A stretch of 64,000 nucleotides of DNA from a bacterium (GTDB lineage Bacteria; UBA8248). Below, one piece after another: positions 54,549 to 64,000 of the stretch (positions within the stretch are counted from its first letter, which is position 1; each line of letters opens with the position of its first letter). The position numbers and the translations under genes are program-made. The stretch covers positions 2,240,001-2,304,000 of the forward strand of contig OZ242260.1 in the NCBI GenBank assembly GCA_965207065.1, written 5' to 3'. The notes beneath the pieces were generated by a model. That model saw nothing but the letters and a program-made list of their open reading frames with translations, did not search any database and was not told where the DNA came from.

Positions 54549-55676
54549 ATGGCTGCCGTTGATCTCATCGACGTGACGAAGCGGTTCGGCCGGGTCACCG
54601 TCATCACCGATCTGAACCTGCAGATCGAAGAAGGCGAATTCGTGGTGCTGGTCGGCCCCTCGGGCTGCGGCAAGTCCACGACGCTTCGCATGATCGCCGG
54701 TCTCGAGGAAGTCTCGGCGGGCCGCATCATGATCGCCGGAAACGACGTCACCCATGCGCCTCCCAAGGCCCGCGACATCACCATGGTCTTCCAGTCCTAC
54801 GCGCTCTATCCGCACATGGACGTGGCGGGCAACATGTCGTTCTCGCTGCGCCTCGCCAAGTTCCCCAAGGCGGAGATCGCCGCGCGGGTGGCGCGCGCCG
54901 CGGAAATGCTCGGCCTGAGCGAACTGCTGCACCGCCAGCCGAGGGAGCTTTCGGGCGGTCAGCGCCAGCGCGTCGCCATGGGACGCGCCATCGTGCGCGA
55001 CGCCTATTGCTTCCTGTTCGACGAACCCCTATCGAACCTCGACGCCAAGCTCCGCGCCCAGATGCGCACCGAGCTGGCGCTGCTGCACAAGCAGCTCGAC
55101 CGCACCATGATCTACGTGACCCACGACCAGATCGAGGCCATGACGATGGCCGACCGCATCGTGATCATGGACGAGGGGGTCATTCAGCAGATCGGCACGC
55201 CGCCCGAGGTCTACAATCACCCCGTCAACCGGTTCGTCGCCGGCTTCATCGGCTCGCCGGCCATGAACATGCTCGACGGGGAGATCAAGGGGGAAGGTTC
55301 GGAATACGTGATTTCAGGAGACGGCTTCGAACTGCCGGTTCCCAGGGCCTTCCACGAGAGCCTCGCCAGCGCCGGTTCCCGGAAAGTCGTCGCGGGCCTG
55401 CGTCCCGAGCATTTCTCCTCGACGGGAGCGAGGTATTCGGGCGGCGCCACGGCCCCGGTGCAGCTCGCGGTCGACGTCGCCGAGTATGTCGGCTCCAACC
55501 AGTTTCTCGCCGCGCGCATCGGCGAGCAAAGGATTTCCGTCTCCGTGGAAGCCGGCCCGGAGCACGGGCGGATGGAATCCGGCACTTATTATTTCGAAAC
55601 GGAGCGGCTCTACCTGTTCGACAGGGAGACTGGTCTCGCGCTCAAGCCGGCCGCACGGGGCGGTACGGTTTCATGA
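54549..55676 (+). CDS. Sugar ABC transporter ATP-binding protein (MalK/UgpC type)
   Basis: GPSGCGKST, MVFQSYALYPHM, DEPLSNLDAKLR, FIGSPAMN. Confidence 0.96.
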   Translation: MAAVDLIDVTKRFGRVTVITDLNLQIEEGEFVVLVGPSGCGKSTTLRMIAGLEEVSAGRIMIAGNDVTHAPPKARDITMVFQSYALYPHMDVAGNMSFSLRLAKFPKAEIAARVARAAEMLGLSELLHRQPRELSGGQRQRVAMGRAIVRDAYCFLFDEPLSNLDAKLRAQMRTELALLHKQLDRTMIYVTHDQIEAMTMADRIVIMDEGVIQQIGTPPEVYNHPVNRFVAGFIGSPAMNMLDGEIKGEGSEYVISGDGFELPVPRAFHESLASAGSRKVVAGLRPEHFSSTGARYSGGATAPVQLAVDVAEYVGSNQFLAARIGEQRISVSVEAGPEHGRMESGTYYFETERLYLFDRETGLALKPAARGGTVS

Positions 55677-55687
55677 GGGATGGTTTT

Positions 55688-55872
55688 GTAGGGACAGGCC
55701 CCTTCGATACGCCGCCATCGGCGGCTACTCAGGGTGAGGCGGCGTGGCGCCCGATTGTGCATAGGCAACCCCGTCTGCGGCGCAAGTGTAGGGGCCGCAT
55801 ATATGCGGCCCATGGCGGATGGCGAAAAAAGGCCGGGTCGCATATATGTCGGACATATATGTCCGACCTACA
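55688..55872. repeat. Cluster of REP-like palindromes
   Basis: gtaggggccgcatatatgcggccc; opposed gtcggacatatatgtccgacctac; cccttcgatacgccgccatcggcggctactcagggtga. Confidence 0.65.
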
Positions 55873-56025
55873 CCCCCTCGACAAGGAGAATGAGAAAACC
55901 TCAAGAACGAGGGAATGGGAATGATGAATCGGGCTGCTGGATTCTTTATGAATGGACCACTCAGGAGAAGTTGTCGATTTAAGTGTATGATTCCATTTCA
56001 TTACTAACCTGATAAGGAGGAAATC

Positions 56026-57381
56026 ATGAAAACGAAATTCCGGATCACAGGATTGGTCGCGCTTGCGGCGGCCCTGGCCCTGACGTTCAGCGCCACGACG
56101 CTGATGGCCAATCCCTACGAGAAGTACAAGGGCAAGACGCTGGTGGTCAGCTGGCCCTCGAATTCGCACTTCAAGAAGGCCAAGCAACTGGTCGCCGAGT
56201 TCACAAAGGAAACGGGCATCAAGGTCGAGATCGACTACTCCCAGTACCTCAAGATGCGGAATCGCCAGCTTCTGGAGATGAGCAAGAAAGACGGCGACTT
56301 CGACGTCGTCGCCTGGGTGGTGATGTGGAAGGGCGAGTATGTGGCGAAGGGCCTGCTGACGCCCCTGTCGCAGTTCTTCACCAGCCCCGCGTTCGTCGAC
56401 CCGAACTACGACATCGATGACATCGCCGACGCCTACATCCAGAACGGCGGCATCGTCGGCGGCAAGAAGGGCTATCTGCCCGGCAAGTCGGGCGCGCTCT
56501 ACGGCCTGCCGTTCGGCGCCGAGACCTCGATCCTGGCCTACCGCAAGGACGTGTTCAAGAAGCTGGGCCTCGCCGTGCCGAAGACCTACGCCGACGTCCG
56601 CAAGGCGGCGAAGACCATCAAGGAGAAGACAGGAATGGGCGGCCTCACCATGCGCGGCAAGACCGGACACCAGGTCACGGCCGCCTGGCTGTTCCATGCC
56701 GCGCCCATGGGCGCCCGCGTCTTCGACGACAAGTGGCAGCCCGTTTTCAACAGCCCCGCCGGCGTGAAGACCGCGGAGTTCCTGCGCGAGACGGTGAAGT
56801 ACGGCCCCCGGGGCATTCCCTCCTACAGCTACGGCGAGGCGTCCAAGGCGTTCCTGCACGGCGACGCCGCCATGTACATCGACTCGCTGAAGATCGCCGC
56901 CAGGGCCCGCGACCCGAAGCAATCGAAGGTCGTCGGCAAGGTTGGCTACGCGCTCCACCCGACCGACGTCCAGTGCGGCTCCGAGACGGGCGGTTTCGCC
57001 ATGGGCATACCGGCCAACTCGAAGAACAAGGAGGCGGCGTTCCTGTTCATCCAGTGGTTGACCTCGAAGAAGGCCGACCGGCGGATCGTCGAACTCGGCG
57101 GCGACCCGATCCGCATCTCCACGCTCACCGATCCGGTGTTCTCCAAAAAATTCCCGGAATATCCGGTGATCGCGGAACAGCTCAAATGCGCCGACCCGGA
57201 CTGGCGGCCGCTGATCCCCGAGTGGAACGAGTTGAACATCAAGGTGCTCGGCATCGCGCTGCACCAGGTCCTGACCTCCGACAAGCCCATCAAGCCGATT
57301 CTGGACAAGGCGGCGGTAAAGGCGCGCGCCGTCATGAAACGCGAGGGCTACTATCGGTGGCAGTCGAAATCCTCCAAGTAG
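56026..57381 (+). CDS. Sugar ABC substrate-binding protein
   Basis: Signal peptide; FTKETGIKV, LYGLPF, YRKD, KEAAFLFIQWLTS. Confidence 0.94.
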   Translation: MKTKFRITGLVALAAALALTFSATTLMANPYEKYKGKTLVVSWPSNSHFKKAKQLVAEFTKETGIKVEIDYSQYLKMRNRQLLEMSKKDGDFDVVAWVVMWKGEYVAKGLLTPLSQFFTSPAFVDPNYDIDDIADAYIQNGGIVGGKKGYLPGKSGALYGLPFGAETSILAYRKDVFKKLGLAVPKTYADVRKAAKTIKEKTGMGGLTMRGKTGHQVTAAWLFHAAPMGARVFDDKWQPVFNSPAGVKTAEFLRETVKYGPRGIPSYSYGEASKAFLHGDAAMYIDSLKIAARARDPKQSKVVGKVGYALHPTDVQCGSETGGFAMGIPANSKNKEAAFLFIQWLTSKKADRRIVELGGDPIRISTLTDPVFSKKFPEYPVIAEQLKCADPDWRPLIPEWNELNIKVLGIALHQVLTSDKPIKPILDKAAVKARAVMKREGYYRWQSKSSK

Positions 57382-57397
57382 CCGAAACCCCTGAAAC

Positions 57398-57426
57398 CGC
57401 CTCCCCCGGCCCTGCCGGGGGAGGCG
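57398..57426 (+). terminator. GC-rich stem-loop after the SBP gene (attenuator or mRNA stabiliser)
   Basis: cgcctcccccggc-cct-gccgggggaggcg; no U-tract. Confidence 0.55.
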
Positions 57427-57463
57427 CTTCGCCCGCAGGCAGCCGGTTCCCGGAACGCTCGCC

Positions 57464-58375
57464 ATGAGCGACCCGTCCCCTCCGGTCGCAACGGGCATGC
57501 GGCGGTGGGTCGTCGGTTACCTGTTCGTCGCGCCCGCCGTCCTGCTCATGGGCGCGGGCCTCATCTATCCGGTCGTCCAGGGGCTTTTGCTCAGCATGCA
57601 GGACTGGGCGATCGGCACGCCGATGTCGACGGCGGAGTTCATCGGCGCAGACAACTATCTGCGCATGCTACGCGACGAGAACGTCCAGGAATCCATGTGG
57701 GTGACGTTCAAGTTCGGCTTCTTCACGATCACCATCGAGATGACGCTGGGGGTCGCGCTGGCCCTGCTGCTGGAGAAACCGATTCGCGGCGCGTCCATCT
57801 TCCGGACGATCTTCATCATGCCGCTCATGATTTCGCCCGTGGTGGTCGGGTTGGTATGGCGCTACCTGTTCGACGCCCGGGCGGGCTGGATCAACCATTA
57901 CATGGAACTCGCCGGCTTCGAGCCGCTGATCTGGCTGGGGGAGCCGCATCTCGCGTTTTTCGCCATCGTGTTCACGGACATCTGGCAGTGGACGCCGTTC
58001 GTCTTCATCATCGTGATCGCAGGCCTTCAGGCGCTGCCCTCGGAGGTGCTCGAAGCGTCGCGCATCGACGGCGCGAATACGTGGCAGCAGATCTTCCTGG
58101 TGAAGCTGCCGATGATCAAGTCGATCCTGATCATCGCTCTCCTGCTCCGGCTCATCGACGTCTTCAAGGGGCTGGAGGTCATGCTGATCCTGACGGAAGG
58201 CGGCCCGGGGCTGGCGACGGAACTGCTGTCGCTGCACGTCTACAAGACCGCCTTCGACGCCCAGCAACTCGGCTATGCGGCGGCCATCTCCGTCCTCCTG
58301 CTGCTGATCGTCTTCGCCCTCAGCCTGGCGATCCTGCTGGTCAGCAACCCCATGAAAACCCGCGCCGACGTGTGA
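57464..58375 (+). CDS. Carbohydrate ABC permease
   Basis: WQWTPF, EASRIDGA, TEGGPG. Confidence 0.95.
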   Translation: MSDPSPPVATGMRRWVVGYLFVAPAVLLMGAGLIYPVVQGLLLSMQDWAIGTPMSTAEFIGADNYLRMLRDENVQESMWVTFKFGFFTITIEMTLGVALALLLEKPIRGASIFRTIFIMPLMISPVVVGLVWRYLFDARAGWINHYMELAGFEPLIWLGEPHLAFFAIVFTDIWQWTPFVFIIVIAGLQALPSEVLEASRIDGANTWQQIFLVKLPMIKSILIIALLLRLIDVFKGLEVMLILTEGGPGLATELLSLHVYKTAFDAQQLGYAAAISVLLLLIVFALSLAILLVSNPMKTRADV

Positions 58376-58376
58376 G

Positions 58377-59219
58377 GTGAAGGCGATGCGTTTCGAACCG
58401 GCCAAACCGAGAATGATCTTCCACTACGCGGGACTCATCCTGTTGTCGATCATATGCCTGACGCCCATCTACATCATGATCAGCACTTCCTTCAAGAACG
58501 AGGTGCTGATCTTCGACGGGAATCCCGTGTGGTTTTTCTTCTTCCCCACCCTGCAGAACTACGTCGACATCATCGGCGATGCGCACTTCGACCGGTATCT
58601 GCTGAATTCCGTCATCGTGGGCGTTTCGACAACCCTGATCACGCTGACGGCCGGCGGCATGGCGGCCTACGCGCTGGCCCGCATGCAGTTCCCGGGCCGC
58701 CAGTCCATCGCCAACGGGGCGCTCCTGGTCCGCATGATACCGCCGGCGGTGCTGGCGATCCCGGCCTTCGCAGTCTCCATCGTGCTGGGGATTGCGAACC
58801 AGCTTTCGGGCCTCGTCTTCTTCTACACGGCGCTCAACCTGCCCTTCTCCATCTGGCTGCTCTACGGCTTCGTGAAGCAGGTTCCGGTCGAGCTCGAGGA
58901 AGCCGCCATCGTGGACGGAGCCACGCCCTGGCAGGTGTTCACCCGCGTCCTCTTCCCGGTGATGAAGGCCGGTTACGCGGTGACCGGAATCTTCGTATTC
59001 CGGATCGCATGGAACGAGTTCATCCTGGCCCTGCTGCTGACGGACAGGACCACGCGCACGCTGCCGGTCGCCACCAGCCTGTTCCTGACGGACTCGGGCC
59101 CCGAGTGGGGGCGCATCATGGCCATGGGCACGCTCATCGTCATCCCGCCGCTCATCTTCACCTTCTTCTCCGCACGTCAGATCATCGCCGGCATGACGGC
59201 CGGCGCGGTGAAGGGGTAA
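58377..59219 (+). CDS. Carbohydrate ABC permease
   Basis: ELEEAAIVDGA, WNEFILA, GMTAGAVKG. Confidence 0.95.
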   Translation: MKAMRFEPAKPRMIFHYAGLILLSIICLTPIYIMISTSFKNEVLIFDGNPVWFFFFPTLQNYVDIIGDAHFDRYLLNSVIVGVSTTLITLTAGGMAAYALARMQFPGRQSIANGALLVRMIPPAVLAIPAFAVSIVLGIANQLSGLVFFYTALNLPFSIWLLYGFVKQVPVELEEAAIVDGATPWQVFTRVLFPVMKAGYAVTGIFVFRIAWNEFILALLLTDRTTRTLPVATSLFLTDSGPEWGRIMAMGTLIVIPPLIFTFFSARQIIAGMTAGAVKG

Positions 59220-59329
59220 CGGGAGGACCTGTGCGGTCTCCGGAGGCGGCGTTCCTTCACGTTTACAAGAGAAATGGCTGAGGGCAAAAAAAGTTGAGAA
59301 CGCGTCGTAATCGACCGCCCGAGAAGCCC

Positions 59330-59953
59330 CTACCCCGCCAACCCGTCAATAACCCTTCGCCACGCATCGGGCGTTACTTCCACGATCTCCATCTCACCTA
59401 CGGAGACGCTGCATATCACGACGTCGACTTCCAGTTCCCGGAGCGTTGCGAGGCTGCCCGCCATCTCCGCCTCATCGCCCCCGTCGTCGGTGACGACGAT
59501 GGTCTTCCACTCTCCACCATCCAGATAAATCGCGTCGCCCGTGAAGAGGTACGTCTTGCCGTGGGGCGAGCGGTAGCACACGCTGTTATTCGTGTGGCCC
59601 GGCGTATGAAGAACCTCGATGTCGCCTGAGAGAAACTCGCGCGGGGGAGAATCGAAAAGAATGTCGGCGGAAACCGCCTCTGGCAGATAGGGCGCGACGA
59701 GCGCGTGGCAGCACAGTTTCGAGCCGAATCGCCCGGCCGCATCTGCGAGCGACTCGTCCACCTCGTGGCAATGGCTCAGGCAGTGATGCGCAACACCTCC
59801 CCGCTCGCTTATCTCCTCGAAATCGCCTGAACTTCTCGGGTTGTAGAAGAGGACGTTGCCTCCCGGGCGTTCGAGCAGATAGGCGTGAACGGTGAGGACG
59901 CCGAACTGTTTTTCCTCGGCCGTCTGCCACAGGTCGGGGTAGAGACGTTTCAT
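59330..59953 (-). CDS. Metallo-beta-lactamase-fold hydrolase
   Basis: LSHCHE, HTPGHT, LFTGD. Confidence 0.8.
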   Translation of the reverse strand: MKRLYPDLWQTAEEKQFGVLTVHAYLLERPGGNVLFYNPRSSGDFEEISERGGVAHHCLSHCHEVDESLADAAGRFGSKLCCHALVAPYLPEAVSADILFDSPPREFLSGDIEVLHTPGHTNNSVCYRSPHGKTYLFTGDAIYLDGGEWKTIVVTDDGGDEAEMAGSLATLRELEVDVVICSVSVGEMEIVEVTPDAWRRVIDGLAG

Positions 59954-60158
59954 GTTTTACGCTCACTCCTCATAAAGCCGGGCCGCTCCCTCGGTGAAAG
60001 CCTACTCCTTCTGTTCTTCATAGGAGATGAAGGTGATGTCCACCGCCTCCAAGATGATAGAAATGCATCAACTATGATAACGTATTCTGCCGAATCGTCA
60101 TTTTCAGCAAATGCCTGGTTGAAGATATGGTTATTTTCACTCTTGAGGAGGCTAAAAA

Positions 60159-61166
60159 ATGAATATTACCAATAATTTTACTCATCAAACTCCCAGGCCA
60201 AAAACTACCGTCGCGCCCGTAACGGTCATCCGCTTCGGTGAAATGATGCCTGATTGGGGGGAATATCACGAATCGCACATGGAGGGGAACCATCGAGCGA
60301 TATATCGATACATCGGCGGAATTTCCGGTCAAAATCTTCGCTCTCCACTCCCCGGCTGGGAATTCACCTGTGGCGTCGTCATGGCTCCCCCTCAAAACGG
60401 CGCACCTCTTCACGATCATCCGGATGAAGAGGTTTTCATGGTCTGGGAGGGTGAATTTGAGATTTTCTGGGAAGATTTTGATTCCAAAGAGCTAAAAAAC
60501 GTGATTCTGGGCAAATATGATCTTATCCGCGTCCCCTCGGGTGTGATGCGCGGGTTCAGAAATGTCGGAAAGGACGATGGCTTCCTGCACTTCATCCACG
60601 GGCAAGGCGACTACCAATATCCCGTCTACCCCGAATCGCTACAAGAGGGTCTGCCCGAAGGTGTTCGCACCAAACCTTACGTCAACCAACCCGCATATGA
60701 CCCGGCTTCCCAATTGGTGCGTTTCGAGGAATGTCCACGCAACTGGAATGTATACCACGAAGCAAAATTGCCTGAGTGTGTTCGTTCCCTGAGGCGCTAC
60801 ATCGGCGGTGTATCCGGGGATACGGATGAAGGCCCACCGCCTTCACTTTCCGAAGGAGAGATAGGGTACGCCATGGTGGAATGCGGCAATGGACGGGGCG
60901 CACCGCTTCATGACCATCCGTGTGAGGAAATATTTATCCCGCTGGAAGGCAGGTGGGTCGTCTACTGGTCCGATGAACGCGGAAGCATCCACCAGGCCGT
61001 TCTCGACCCGTGGGATGCCTGCTGGGTGCCCACCGGAGTACAACGCGGGTTCCGGAACGCCGACCGCACCGAGGGGAAAATTCACATCATTCAAGGACAA
61101 GGAGGAACCCCGGCCCCAAACTATACGGCGGATTACTCCACTCTAAAAAATATTCAAACGAAATAA
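60159..61166 (+). CDS. Tandem cupin (bicupin) protein
   Basis: Two copies of YHE...RYIGGxSG...GAPLHDHPxEExF...PxGVxRGFRN. Confidence 0.85.
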   Translation: MNITNNFTHQTPRPKTTVAPVTVIRFGEMMPDWGEYHESHMEGNHRAIYRYIGGISGQNLRSPLPGWEFTCGVVMAPPQNGAPLHDHPDEEVFMVWEGEFEIFWEDFDSKELKNVILGKYDLIRVPSGVMRGFRNVGKDDGFLHFIHGQGDYQYPVYPESLQEGLPEGVRTKPYVNQPAYDPASQLVRFEECPRNWNVYHEAKLPECVRSLRRYIGGVSGDTDEGPPPSLSEGEIGYAMVECGNGRGAPLHDHPCEEIFIPLEGRWVVYWSDERGSIHQAVLDPWDACWVPTGVQRGFRNADRTEGKIHIIQGQGGTPAPNYTADYSTLKNIQTK

Positions 61167-61362
61167 CAGGACGGAAATGAACTCGACCAGTAATTCTGTC
61201 CGTTTTACTTTTCTCGGCGATGACGCGCTCCCTCTTTGGCGTTACTCTGATGTTCTTCTTCTGCGGTATACTTGAGGAATTGTCGTTCGAGAAGGCGGAT
61301 ATCACCGTCCTCTGGGAGAAATTCTCGGAGTATCGTACCTATGTCGTGAAAGGTGAGGACTG

Positions 61363-62410
61363 ATGGATAGCGGCAAACGTGACGAGAATGGGGAGAACGC
61401 CCGTTTCTTGCTGGAAAGTCTTCAAAACGCCGTTGCGCTGCTTGTCCGTCTATGCGACTTTAAGATTGTCTTCGAGAATGAGCGGTTCCGCTCCTGGCTC
61501 CCTGCAACCGGCGAGAACGTGAATACGCTTGTTTCTCGAATAGGCGAGTTGGACGGCGCGGCGGTGAAGACCTGCCTGGACGGCGGCGATCCGTATCTTT
61601 TCGAGATGTTGGCGCGGGAGGAATCGAGGCCGAAACCGCTGCAAGTCGTGATTCGCAGGCTCCCCGGTTCGTGGGCGGCGCATGTGATGGTGGAATGTTT
61701 CGACATATCAAGGCAACACGAATTAGAGCACATGATGGAGAGTTATTTGGAGATATTCGAAAGGGCGCATATCGACCTGAGTGAAAAACTGCGCGGCGGG
61801 GAGAAGCTGATTGGCAACATGTTGCACGGGTTCGTCCGTCGCGAACTGGAAAATCAAGGGGTCGTGGCACCGCGAAGATTCGAACGCCTGACAACGTTAA
61901 TACTTGATTTCGTCGATTTCACAACAACGACCATGTCGCAGGACCTCGCTCACGTGGTCATGATATTGAACGACATCTGCACGGAATTCGACCGCATTGC
62001 GGAGATATCCGGGTGCGAGCGGATCAAGACGATTGGAGACGCCTGGCACGCGGTGCCCGCCCTTCCAGTTCCGGATGATCGCCAATCATCCAAAGTGGCG
62101 CGGATGGCGCTCCGGATGAGACATTACATCAAAGAACGCAACCGCACTCATCCGGAACAATGGGTGCCGCATCGGGCTCGCTACCGGCCCGGCAATCGGG
62201 GCCATGGTAGGAGTGCAAAGGCTTGCCTATGACGTGTTCGGGCCGAGCGTGAACCTTGCATCCCGCTTGGAGGCGCTGGCCGATTCGATGCAGATCCTTG
62301 TCTGTGAAAAAACGCAAGCGTTGACGGAGGCGGAGTTTTCCTTCGGCAAATGGGGAGAGGTCGAAATCAAGGGTTTTGGATCCCAGGTGATTCACGAACT
62401 CTTCGACTAG
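61363..62410 (+). pseudogene. PAS plus class III adenylate/guanylate cyclase, frameshifted near 62165
   Basis: DFVDFT, IKTIGDA, then in another frame YDVFGPSVNLASRLE, EIKGFG. Confidence 0.85.
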
Positions 62411-62605
62411 ACGAATCCTCTGGTTTCTTGCTCCCTCATTTGCCTGAACAAGAATAACCCCCTAGGTTAGCGAATGATTCGCAAAGTTGTTTGACGTGCG
62501 AGACAAAGCGATCTTGGGCATGTAATATGTCCACATTCTGTTGACTTAAGGCACAGGCCTCTATATATCGCTTACCCGCCCTGCCAAACTTTCCGGGAGA
62601 AGATA

Positions 62606-63922
62606 ATGATGAACAGAGAGCGGAAATACCGACTGGGAACAGGGGTACTTGGGTTCGTCATGGCTTTGTCGTTGTTCGCCGCGCCTGCCGCCGGTGGAGA
62701 GATGGACGACCTCAAGACGCAGATCAAGGCGCTCATGGAGCGGCTCGAAGCCCTGGAAGCCCGAGAGAAGAAGATGAAGGCCGATATGATGTCTGCCCAG
62801 GAGGCCGTCCGGAAAAAAGCCGTGGCCACGGGCGATTTTCCGGGTTCGTGGAAGATGCCGGGGTCGAACACTTCCGTTTCGTTCAGCGGCTACGTGAAGC
62901 TCGATGCGATCTATGATTTCGACAAGGATCTGGGCGATTCCTTTTTCGGCTATGATTACGGGGGCGGTGCGAGCGGCATTCCTCTGGATGGCGATGCCAG
63001 ACGACAAAAAACCTCCCTGCACGCCCGGCAGACGCGCCTTCGCTTCGACAGCCTGACGCCGACGAAGATGGGCGGGCTCAAGACCAGGATCGAAACAGAT
63101 TTTTATTACAATTCCGGCGCACCTTTGAGACTTCGCCACGCCTACGCCACTTTGGGCGGGGTGCTCGCCGGCCAGACCTGGACGATCCTGCAGGACGAGA
63201 ATACCTATGCCGACACGGTGGACTTCGAAGGTCCTGTCGGCGTCGTTACGAGCCGCCTGGCCCAGTTGCGCTACACCCAGGCCATGGGAAAGAACCTCAC
63301 CGCCCAGGTTGCGCTCGATGACCCCGGCAGCCCGACCATTCTGAAAGCAGGCGGCAATGCCTCGTCCGAGGACCGGATGCCGAACCTGCTTGCGGCCCTG
63401 CGCCTGAAGACGGCCTGGGGCGCCGTTAACGTATCGGGCCTCATCGGACAGGTACTCTACGAAGAAGGGGCGGTTGAGGAGAGCCTGACCATCTCCGCAC
63501 TTCACCTCGGCGCAAACGTCGGTCTGGGCAGGGACACCCGCCTGTGGGGCACGTTCAACGTGGGCCAGGGCGGTTTGGGGAACTACATGCTCGGAGTACC
63601 CGCCGCCGCCGTCCTGGGTGCGAATAACGAACTGGAGGCGCTGGATTCGACGGGCGGGTTCGTGGGCATCACGCACAACTGGAGCGGTTCGGTGAGTTCG
63701 AGTTTATATTACGGCTGGGTGGAGAACGATTATGAGGACCCGGCCAGGGCGGCGTTCCCGGACCTCAGCCAATCGCTCCAGACGGTGCACGCCAACGTCT
63801 GGTGGTCACCTGCGCCCAAGACGAGGGTAGGCGTGGAATTCATCCATGGCCGACGCGAGACGAACGACGGCAGAGAGGGTGACGCGGCGCGCCTGCAGTT
63901 GGGGCTGCAGTACAGCTTCTAG
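62606..63922 (+). CDS. dcaP: DcaP-family trimeric outer membrane porin
   Basis: Signal plus coiled coil, FSGYVKLDAIYD, ARQTRL, RLRHAY, LAGQTW, terminal QYSF. Confidence 0.88.
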   Translation: MMNRERKYRLGTGVLGFVMALSLFAAPAAGGEMDDLKTQIKALMERLEALEAREKKMKADMMSAQEAVRKKAVATGDFPGSWKMPGSNTSVSFSGYVKLDAIYDFDKDLGDSFFGYDYGGGASGIPLDGDARRQKTSLHARQTRLRFDSLTPTKMGGLKTRIETDFYYNSGAPLRLRHAYATLGGVLAGQTWTILQDENTYADTVDFEGPVGVVTSRLAQLRYTQAMGKNLTAQVALDDPGSPTILKAGGNASSEDRMPNLLAALRLKTAWGAVNVSGLIGQVLYEEGAVEESLTISALHLGANVGLGRDTRLWGTFNVGQGGLGNYMLGVPAAAVLGANNELEALDSTGGFVGITHNWSGSVSSSLYYGWVENDYEDPARAAFPDLSQSLQTVHANVWWSPAPKTRVGVEFIHGRRETNDGREGDAARLQLGLQYSF

Positions 63923-64000
63923 TTTTTTTATATGGCTTGTGGGCTGCCGCTACCGGCATCCCCGGTTGCTTGCTATCATCACTGCGTGCGACGGCAGCGT

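Noticed and set aside
55729-58405. Long minus-strand ORFs (589 aa, 245 aa)
   Set aside because: Antisense shadows of high-GC ABC transporter genes.

Overview
GC-rich bacterial accessory region, probably from a host-associated lineage such as a marine sponge symbiont; this is inferred from the secreted ankyrin and Calx-beta proteins, the many pseudogenes and the heavy IS load. Intact loci: a polar amino-acid ABC transporter with a DUF1989 gene, a TolC/PAS-MFP/ABC/MacB-type export operon beside tandem secreted Calx-beta genes, a cytochrome P450, a sugar ABC transporter, a bicupin, a DcaP porin and two TbpB-barrel-like lipoproteins. Decayed loci: glcDEF, zur-znuC, an adenylate cyclase, and five copies or fragments of a zinc-metalloprotease/TbpB-barrel lipoprotein family. 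The strongest signal is a set of nested mobile elements centred on the terminal inverted repeat (TIR) of an IS66-like element carrying DUF4338. A group II intron (one full-length and two ORF-less copies, TTGCG...GGC ends) is inserted exactly 1 nt inside that TIR each time, and its candidate EBS1/EBS2 sequences pair with the TIR. IS66-type elements have inserted using the 8 bp directly beside an existing end as their target. An IS1111-type IS110 starts inside another TIR. The intron reverse transcriptase is split by a large-serine-recombinase element with a 2-bp AT core. Also notable: a protein ending in an archaeal/eukaryotic eL13-like ribosomal domain, and an 8-bp x12 repeat placed like a phase-variation switch.
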